Below, piece by piece: positions 1 through 64,000 of a stretch of 64,000 nucleotides of DNA (the stretch's first letter is position 1; each line of letters starts with the position of its first letter). Source of the stretch: Eledone cirrhosa. Taxonomy: Eukaryota. The notes beneath the pieces are model-generated. The model saw nothing but the letters and a program-made list of their open reading frames with translations. It was not told the origin of the DNA and did no database searches. The DNA lies in contig OZ024760.1 of the NCBI GenBank assembly GCA_964016885.1, forward strand, positions 12,276,001 through 12,340,000, written 5' to 3'. Position numbers and translations under genes: made by a program.

Positions 1-60
<60 letters not shown>

Positions 61-230
61 TAAATATTATTTAAAATTCCATTCCTTTGTGCATTTTCCT
101 GTATTGAGTCCTGTTTAGTAAAAACCCACACATACATCTTAACAGATACCTGAAATTATACACGTACACACAAAAAGATATCTATATATTTTTGTGTGTG
201 CATCTAATATATCACATACATAGACAAAAA

Positions 231-273
<43 letters not shown>

Positions 274-1371
274 TCTATATATGTGTGTGAATCTAATATA
301 TTAATACATACATACACACAAATGTATATATATATACAATTCTGATTTGCTATTAGACTCCATGGTGTAATACCATGTTAACAGTTGAAAACCAAAAATA
401 ATTCAACATTTTTTCAAGGTGAGTTAAAAAAAAAAAAAAAAAAAAAATCATCTGTTTTTCTTTCATGTTAATTAGTGTTATTTTAAATTGTTTTAAATAT
501 GCTCATTATTTAATTATCTTCTCTTTATTTTCTTTAACTATAATAATAGTTGAATAACTTGGAGATGAGAAAACATGGACAGGGATTTGAAGCCCGTATC
601 TCTCCTATCCTCAGTGACCATATTTACCCATTATATCAGAGTCTACCTGGGTCTACCTGGTCATTAATTCACATCTTTTTAGAAGGTTTAAGCTGGTCGT
701 GTTCTTTTCCTTTTTGAATATTTTCTTTATCGCCAGCATCAGGCTAGCAACATACACCACCACCACCACTAGCATCAGGTTAGCAACATACACCACCACC
801 ACCACCACCACCATCACCACTACATACACCACTAGCATCAGGCTAGCCACATACACCACCACCACCACTACATACACCACTAGCATCAGGCTAGCCACAT
901 ACACCACCACCACTACATACACCACTAGCATCAGGCTAGCCACATACACCACCACCAAGCTAACCACACACACCACTACGACAACGACCATCACCACTAC
1001 TAACACCACCAACACCACCATATATATAACTAATCCTGTCTAACCCATGCTAGCTTGACAGATAGACGTTAAACGGTGATGACAATATATGTTTTAGGTA
1101 ATTCCGAAGAAAAAACAAAGGAAAAAGAGTGCTCTACGTATAGAGGCAGACAGGTTTCTAAACATACAATGAAGCCACCATTGTGAAAATTAAACCACTG
1201 ATAATAAATAATAGGATTAAACATATTTTTAGTGTCTCCCTTATCTACAGGCTTTCTCCTTAGGTAGGGAGAAAGCAGTGTTCACAAATCTTGTAGTGAA
1301 GGGAGCATTAATTTTATGGTTGGTGTCAAATTTCTTATCAATTATATATATATATATATATACATATATAC

Positions 1372-1416
<45 letters not shown>

Positions 1417-2275
1417 AACATATATATATACATATATATATATATATACATAGTTTTTTATTTTTAATTATAAATCAGTTGTGGTTAGAAATTACATTTT
1501 TTAAAACTTGATTAGTTAGAAAATATATTTAAAAAAATAAACATTAAATTAAATGATAAATTTTGCCAAAAGGTTTTTTTAAATTAATAAAAATATGAAA
1601 AATGGAAAAACTTACAGAGAACTTTATACATATACATATATATATATATATACACATATACATATATATATATTGTATATATAACATATATATATATATA
1701 TATTGTATATATAACATATATATATATATATAACATATATATATATATATATAACATATATGTATACATATATATATATATTCTAAACTTTTCATAAACA
1801 TTCAAAGCCACAAAAGTGAACAGAGAGTTGAAATGTAACAGAGTTTAAAGCTGATTAGAATGATGTGAAGAAAAACTGGAATAGTTTGTTTGTTTTACCT
1901 AAGACTGTTTCATCCACAAGTCTGAAAAGAGGGTTATAGCCCCAAAATATCAAGGGTAAAACTTTACTTTATTTTATTTTTGCTTTGTTTTATTTACCAT
2001 CATTTGCCGTTTGGTATTTTCTACTGCATTGTATCAGCTTTTAACAAAACCTTGGAGTTATTTATTACACATCTCACGATACTTCGTAGTAACTACACTA
2101 CTCTATTAATATACAGCTCCTCTATGTTCTAAGTTTAGCTGACCTTCAGCAATGTTGCATCCCATAGAAGAAGGTTTCTCAGCTGTTTTAATAAGGGTCC
2201 TCGATCTTATCATGAAAAGCAACATTAAATGAAGCATTTTGTTAAAAAAAAAAACCCCACATCATCAGACAGGGT

Positions 2276-2828
2276 ACCTGCCCTGCTTTCACCAGTGTTA
2301 ATTAAACAGCTGAGTGGAGAAGACTCTCTCCTGGATGGGATGCCACCTGCCCTGCTTTCACCAGTGTTAATTAAACAGCTGAGTGGAGAAAACTCTCTCC
2401 TGGATGGGATGCCACCTGCCCTGCTTTCACCAGTGTTAATTAAACAGCTGAGTGGAGAAGACTCTCTCCTGGATGGGATGCCACCTGCCCTGCTTTCACC
2501 AGTGTTAATTAAACAGCTGAGTGGAGAAAACTCTCTCCTGGATGGGATGCCACCTGCCCTGCTTTCACCAGTGTTAATTAAACAGCTGAGTGGAGAAGAC
2601 TCTCTCCTGGATGGGATGCCACCTGCCCTGCTTTCACTAGTGTTAATTAAACAGCTGAGTGGAGAAGACTCTCTCCTGGATGGGATGCCACCTGCCCTGC
2701 TTTCACCAGTGTTAATTAAACAGCTGAGTGGAGAAGACTCTCTCCTGGATGGGATGCCACCTGCCCTGCTTTCACCAGTGTTAATTAATCAGCTGAGTGG
2801 AGAAGACTCTCTCCTGGATGGGATGCCA
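2276..2828. repeat. 69-bp minisatellite x8
   Basis: Unit cctgccctgctttcaccagtgttaattaaacagctgagtggagaagactctctcctggatgggatgcca. Confidence 0.95.
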
Positions 2829-3019
2829 GTTCACCACATTGCAATGTTGTGTCCCATAGAAGGTTTCTCAGGTGTTTAGTCTCCAGCCCTTCTCACCAGA
2901 CCAGGGTCTTATGGGGGAGCAGAATTAGTTACAGACCATTTGACCTCCATTGTTTTACTTAACTTCCACTAAGTTCCCTACAAATAAGTGGTGAGGCTGC
3001 CAAATGTTGCTTTTATCTG

Positions 3020-3295
3020 TCATAGATATGTAGACCAGGGCCTCAAGTTGCTTTAATGTAGCCTAGGCCTCAACATGTTTTAAACTGGCCCGAGATATGT
3101 AGCCTAGGCCTCAAGATGTTTTAAACTGGCTCTAGATCTGTAGCCTAGACCTCAAGATGTTTTAAACTAGCCCTAGATCTGTAGCCTAGACCTCGAGATG
3201 TTTTAAACTAGCCCTAGATCTGTAGCCTAGACCTCGAGATGTTTTAAACTAGCCCTAGATCTGTAGCCCAGGGCTTCTAATTGCTTTAATCTGGT
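3020..3295. repeat. 41-bp minisatellite, about 6 copies
   Basis: gtagcctagacctcgagatgttttaaactagccctagatct. Confidence 0.9.
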
Positions 3296-3655
3296 CCTAA
3301 CTCTATGTTTAACTGTTTTTCATAATATACATAGTTTGTTAGCTTAACTAGTGAATCACTTCATCTATCAACCTATTACAACCATATTTCACAGGCTAAG
3401 CCTCAGTATTTTTAGCTACCAAACTCTTTGTCCAATTTGTAAAACTTTGCTATGTTTAATCCAAGTCAAATGTGACACCTTGTCCAAGACTGTAGTTAGA
3501 ATAATGCTAGAAACTTCTCTAAAATATACACACATGTATACACACATATAACTATAATGAAAAACTGGACCAACTGGTAGTTACATTACAAACCTTAATT
3601 TCACTGTCCATTGGGTGTTTTACATGGAAAAGAGGAAAGAAAGTTCGACTGTATG

Positions 3656-3701
<46 letters not shown>

Positions 3702-3844
3702 CAAGAGCAAGAATGAAGGGTTCATTCTACTGACATGGCTTTAAAAATGAGGCTTGTTTGCATAATTGCAAATGAATCGAATGTTATTATTAATATTCGA
3801 AAAACTCAGATTACATTTATATATATACCCACATCCATGTATAT

Positions 3845-3898
<54 letters not shown>

Positions 3899-3985
3899 TT
3901 TCCTTGAATTTTCTTTGAGCTTATTCTTAGGTGATAAGGTACATGTTCGAGATTATCTCAAACATGACACAAATAATTATAAATG

Positions 3986-4022
<37 letters not shown>

Positions 4023-4295
4023 GTAAACATACATACAAACTACAGTCTTTTTCTTTCAATCTGTTTTTTCAGTTCCTTATAAAGTTTCTCTTAGCGAAAA
4101 CAAAAAGCAGAGTTTTTGAAATAAGAGAAAACTTATTTGATGGAATGTTGAGTATTTTGGTTTTTGATGGTTAAATTCTGGTTTTCACATGGCTTACTTT
4201 TATGGCGACATGCATGGACCTGTTATTTTTCTATAAAAACATTTTTTCTGATTCCGCCCAGCCCGTCCCTTCAATCTTTCTAATTTTTCATTCTT

Positions 4296-4331
4296 TCTTC
4301 TGATGAAGGACTAGCATCCGAAACGTTAAGA
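4296..4331 (+). ncRNA. Minimal hammerhead-like motif in Penelope-like repeat
   Basis: TCTT CTGATGA A GGA ctagca TCC GAAACGTT AAGA; relatives at 15673-15708 (+), 37800-37830 (+, decayed) and 58372-58410 (-, decayed). Confidence 0.5.
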
Positions 4332-4431
4332 TGGGAACCCTCTTCCTGCTATTTCAAGTGTTAAACTAATATATTCCCGTACCGATTGTGTTGCTATTTC
4401 TGTTTACCTTTTCCATACATACATATATATA

Positions 4432-4505
<74 letters not shown>

Positions 4506-4635
4506 CATATATATATGTATATATATATATGTATATATATATATATAGATATATATATATATATACATATATATATGTATATATATATGTATATATATAT
4601 ATATAGATATATATATATATATACATATATATATG

Positions 4636-4688
<53 letters not shown>

Positions 4689-4743
4689 GTATATATATAA
4701 GGTTGGTATCTACACCACTTATTTCGTTTATTCTGTGTGTGTA

Positions 4744-4784
<41 letters not shown>

Positions 4785-4940
4785 ATGTATATATATGTTC
4801 ACATATGTACATATATATACATTATATATATATATATACACACATAAATACATACATACAAATATATATATGTTCACATATGTACATATATATACATTAT
4901 ATATATATATATATACACACATACAAATATATATATATAT

Positions 4941-5132
4941 AGGAAAAAGTATGACCCCGACGGCAGAGCTGAAGCTGTTTCGACGCCTATTTCTGGACAA
5001 AAATAGCCGTCGAAACGGCTTGAGCTCTGCGTCGGGGTCATACATTTTCCTATTCCCACTCTACTACTCTAAGAATTGAGTACTCTGGTGCGTTATGGTC
5101 CATCTGGTTCCTTACCATAATTCCTTTGTTAT
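4941..5132 (+). mobile_element. Penelope-like non-autonomous element with 5' inverted repeat, inserted in (TA)n
   Basis: About 52-bp inverted arms followed by a unique tail; same family at 15853-15997, 37000-37184, 50720-50810. Confidence 0.55.
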
Positions 5133-5517
5133 ATGTATATATATATATATATATACACATACATATATACAGACATACAAATATACATATATAGATATAC
5201 AGGCACACATATATACATATATATATTATACTCTAATGGGATGTAAATGTTGGAAATGTGTGTTCATTAACAAAATAATTAAATATAAGCCAAATTAAAT
5301 AGATAGGAAATTGTTGTAAAGAAGATGGGAGGTGATAATTGCTAGACCTAAATATCTTCAACCTCTCACTCTCATGTCTGGACAGGGACTCAAACAGATA
5401 ATGAAGCTGTAATTATCTGTCCAACCCATGTTAACATGGAGAAATAGACTATTAAATGATGATGACGATATATACACACACACATATATATATACATACA
5501 TATACATACATGCACAA

Positions 5518-5548
<31 letters not shown>

Positions 5549-5727
5549 CATATATACACACATATATACATGCACATATACACACATATATACATGCATA
5601 CACACACACAACTATACATACACATATACACACACACATATACATGCTCATACACACATACATGGGATTACTCTTCCTTGCTTGTTTCCTATATTTTTCC
5701 CATGTTTTTTTTCAATTATATATACAT

Positions 5728-5795
<68 letters not shown>

Positions 5796-5904
5796 AATAC
5801 ATACATACAAATATATATATATATATATGTATGTGTATATATATAACTTCCTTGTTTATCATAGGTTCTTACCCCTCTTTAGAGATAGCTGTAAAGAATT
5901 CTCT

Positions 5905-6475
5905 CTTGGTGGTGATGATGGTGTTGTTATTGTTGTTGTTGGTGGTGGTGGTGTTGTTGGTGGTGGTGTTGTTGGTGGTGGTGTTGTTGTTGGTGGTGGT
6001 GATGGTGGTTTTGTTGTTGTTGGTGGTGGTGGTGTTGGTGGTGTTGTTGGTGGTGTTGTTGTTGTTAGTGGTGGTGGTGTTGTTGGTGGTGGTGATGTTG
6101 TTGGTAGTGATGTTGGTGGTGGTGTTGTTGGTAGTGATGTTGGTGGTGGTGGTGTTGGTGTTGGTAGTGATGTTGGTGGTGGTGGTGTTGTTGGTGGTGG
6201 TGGTGGTGGTGTTGGTAGTGATGTTGGTGGTGGTGGTGTTGTTGGTGGTGGTGGTGGTGTTGTTGTTGGTGGTGGTGTTGTTATTGTTGTTGGTGGTGGT
6301 GGTGTTGTTGGTGGTGGTGGTGTTGTTGGTGGTGGTGGTGTTGTTATTGTTGTTGGTGGTGGTGGTGTTGTTATTGTTATTGTTGTTGATAGTGGTGGTG
6401 TTGTTATTGTTGTTGGTGGTGGTGGTGTTGTTATTGTTATTGTTGTTGATAGTGGTGGTGTTGTTGTTGTTGTAG
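5905..6475. repeat. (GGT/TGT)n compound microsatellite
   Basis: Direct inspection. Confidence 0.95.
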
Positions 6476-6635
6476 CTATTGTTACACTGTTTTGGCAACA
6501 GCCAAAGCCCAAATCACAGATGAAAGCCATATGTGTATATATATATATACGTGTGTGTATATATATATATATAGTTTTGTAAAATGTGTGATAACATATT
6601 ACAAAAGAATGAGCACTCAATATGTAGACAGAGAT

Positions 6636-6667
<32 letters not shown>

Positions 6668-6836
6668 CATACATGGTATGAATAATACAGTAAAAAAAAC
6701 TGCTAGTTTCATAGGCATAATTGGCAAAAGCACATATTCTCCATTGTCAGAACTTTTAGATGTATTTGGTCATGTCTAGTATGTATGATGATTAGCTATG
6801 AAAAATGTGCTTTTTTAGTATTATTCATACCATGTA

Positions 6837-6891
<55 letters not shown>

Positions 6892-6953
6892 CAAGAATAG
6901 ACAAGACAAATACAGAGATTCAAAAACATATGTATGTTTGTGTGTAACTGTGC

Positions 6954-7008
<55 letters not shown>

Positions 7009-8144
7009 TATATATGTATTTGTGTGTGTGTGTGTCAATGTAGGCATACATACATACATACATACATACATAAACACGCAAACACACACACACACAAGCA
7101 CATATATATACATATATACATACACTAGCACTCACATACACTCAAACACCAATGCATACACAAACTCACTCACACGAACACACACACACCAACATACAAA
7201 CACCTACACACACACACACACACACATACACATACTCACTCACACGAACACACAATCACACACACACCCACATACAAACACCTACAGACCCACACACACA
7301 AACACATACTCACTCAGACGAACACACAATCACACACACACACACATACAAACGCCTACAGACCCACACACACAAACACATACACATACTCACTCAGACG
7401 AACACACAATCACACACACACACACACATACAAACACCTACACACCCACACACACAAACACATACACATACTCACTCAGACGAACACACAATCACACACA
7501 CACACATACAAACACCTACACACCCACACACACAAACACATACACATACTCACTCAGACGAACACACAATCACACACACACACATACAAACACCTACACA
7601 CCCACACCTGATAATGGACCAACTAAAAGACATGACTTGAAACAGTATGGAACAAAAAGAAAAGAAAAAAAAATTTAAATAATAATAATAATAATGGTTT
7701 CTTATTTAGGCACAAGGCCAGCAATTTTGAGGGAAGAGGGGAAAGTCGATTATCTCGACCCCAGCGCATTACTGGTACTCTATTTTATCAACCTCAGACG
7801 GTTGAAAGGCAAAGCTAACCTCAGCGGGATAATAATAATAATAATATAATAATAATAATAAAAAGCAATACTAAAATAATGGTAATAAAATGATGATGAT
7901 GATGATGGTGATTATAACAACAACAACAATAAACTTTTTTTTTTTTTTGTTCAGTCATCATAGTTCCTTGATTATTATTATTATTATCATTGATCAAAGT
8001 CTACCTCGAGGTAAAGTGCCATACTGTAGGCAGTTGGAACTGGATCAGTCTGGTTGGTTCTGGAAGGGACTTCGAGATATCTCAAGAAAAAAAAATTATA
8101 TAAAAATTTAAATAAAATCTTTTTAAAATCTGCACATCATTATA

Positions 8145-8164
8145 TTTATATATATATATGTATA

Positions 8165-8217
<53 letters not shown>

Positions 8218-8645
8218 ATGTATTACTACATGTATATATATAAACATAGACATATGTAAAAATTCATGTATAATTATATTTATATATATATATATGTATA
8301 TGTATATGTGTGTGTGTGTGTGTGTGTATACATGTATTACTACATGTATATATATAAACATATAGACATATGTAAAAATTCATGTATAATTATATTTATA
8401 TATATATATATGTATATGTATATGTGTGTGTGTGTGTGTGTGTATACATGTATTACTACATATATATATATAAACATATAGACATATGTAAAAATTCATG
8501 TATAATTATATTTATATATATATATATGTATATGTATATATATATATGTGTGTGTGTGTGTGTATACATGTATTACTACATGTATATATATAAACATATA
8601 GACATATGTATAAATTCATGTATAATTATATATATATGTATATGT
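8145..8645. repeat. About 120-bp compound tandem repeat x4, just downstream of the stop codon
   Basis: acatgtattactacat...gacatatgtaaaaattcatgtataatt recurs four times. Confidence 0.85.
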
Positions 8646-8721
8646 ATATACACAGACATATACATATATATATATATATATACATGTGAGTGTATGTATG
8701 TACGTATATATATATATGAGC

Positions 8722-8759
<38 letters not shown>

Positions 8760-8860
8760 GTTTATGTATGTACGTATATATATATATATGAGCATATGTG
8801 TGTATATATATATATATGTGAGTTTATGTATATATATCCCCTCCCCCCACACTCCTCAGT

Positions 8861-62886
<54,026 letters not shown>

Positions 62887-62973
62887 CTGTGAACAGAAGA
62901 CACACAGACAGACATTAGAAGATAACCCAGCAAGAAACTTGAGATAGATGGATTTTCAAACCTAAACTTCATT

Positions 62974-63017
<44 letters not shown>

Positions 63018-63410
63018 GAGAGAGAGAGAGTGAGAGAGTGAGTGAGAGAGAGAGAGAGTGAGAGAGTGAGTGAGAAAGGGAGTGAGAGAGAGAGAGAGAG
63101 AGGGAATGAGAAAGAAAGGGAGAGAGAGAGAGAGAGTGAGAGAGAGAGAGTGAGAGAAAGAGATACAGTGGGGACATTGGTTGGGTTTTTTGGGGGTGGA
63201 TGGGGGTGGGTGGGTGGAGTTGAGGGGGTGGGAGAGGAGGCTTCTTTTTAATGGTTTAGTCATAGAAAAAAAAACTGGGTAGGGAAGGGGAGGGTTTTTA
63301 ACTCTTAGTGAAGTCCTAGGGTCGCCATCCCGACACATAGGTATGTATGTATGTATTGGGCAATTTAAAAAAACTGGCAGAGCTCATCCCTCTCCAGTTT
63401 ACCTCTCTTC

Positions 63411-63475
<65 letters not shown>

Positions 63476-63841
63476 CGCACACACATATGTACACACACAC
63501 ACACACACATTATAGAAATATATACACCAGAATAAAACAACATATGGCCCTCATTTGGTAGAGGGAGGTTGTTGGGTAGAGGGTGGGGAGTGTAGAGGGA
63601 AGAGGGTTTGACTGTTATATATATATATACACATACATACATACATACATTGACTGTTATATATATATATATATATATACATACATACATACATACATAC
63701 ACATACATACATATATATACATATACATACATTGACTGTTATATATATATATATACATACATACATACATACATACATACACATACATACATATATATAC
63801 ATACATACATATACATACATTGACTGTTATATATATATATA

Positions 63842-63877
<36 letters not shown>

Positions 63878-64000
63878 TATACATACATATATATATACAT
63901 TGCAGTTATAAGATGCCTGACTACTGTGTAGGGGAGACTGACAACAAGACAAGATAACTCTAGCTGTTAATGGAGAACAACAACAACAACAACAACACTA

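Noticed and set aside
5456-6674. Gly/Val-rich and Pro/Thr mucin-like ORFs
   Set aside because: (GGT/TGT)n microsatellite open in several frames, flanked by (TA)n.

Overview
This is AT-rich, microsatellite-saturated animal DNA. The SINE and LINE repertoire suggests an octopod cephalopod, which is an inference. Almost all ORFs in the supplied track are simple-repeat artefacts. The real coding content is one minus-strand, 5'-truncated gene for a neurabin/spinophilin (PPP1R9 family) synaptic scaffold. I assembled it by hand from 17 phase-compatible GT-AG exons between 62886 and 8861 (3937 nt, about 1310 aa): C-terminal half of the PDZ domain, acidic tract, coiled coil, a 1440-nt exon with a 12 x 15-aa coding minisatellite, and a SAM domain with a basic tail. 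The introns carry tRNA-derived SINEs, RTE, R4/Dong and CRE-like LINE fragments, piggyBac- and pogo-like MITEs, Penelope-like palindromic elements with hammerhead-ribozyme motifs, and many minisatellites. The most interesting signals concern RNA processing of this gene: (1) an exon-intron duplex with a single A:C mismatch (candidate ADAR recoding site); (2) a triplicated exon end that creates in-frame two-heptad mini-exons; (3) a 21-nt microexon and a 57-nt cassette exon; (4) three candidate alternative terminal exons that would remove the SAM domain; (5) inverted repeats flanking exons. Repeat boundaries are approximate, and no alternative exon is backed by transcript data.
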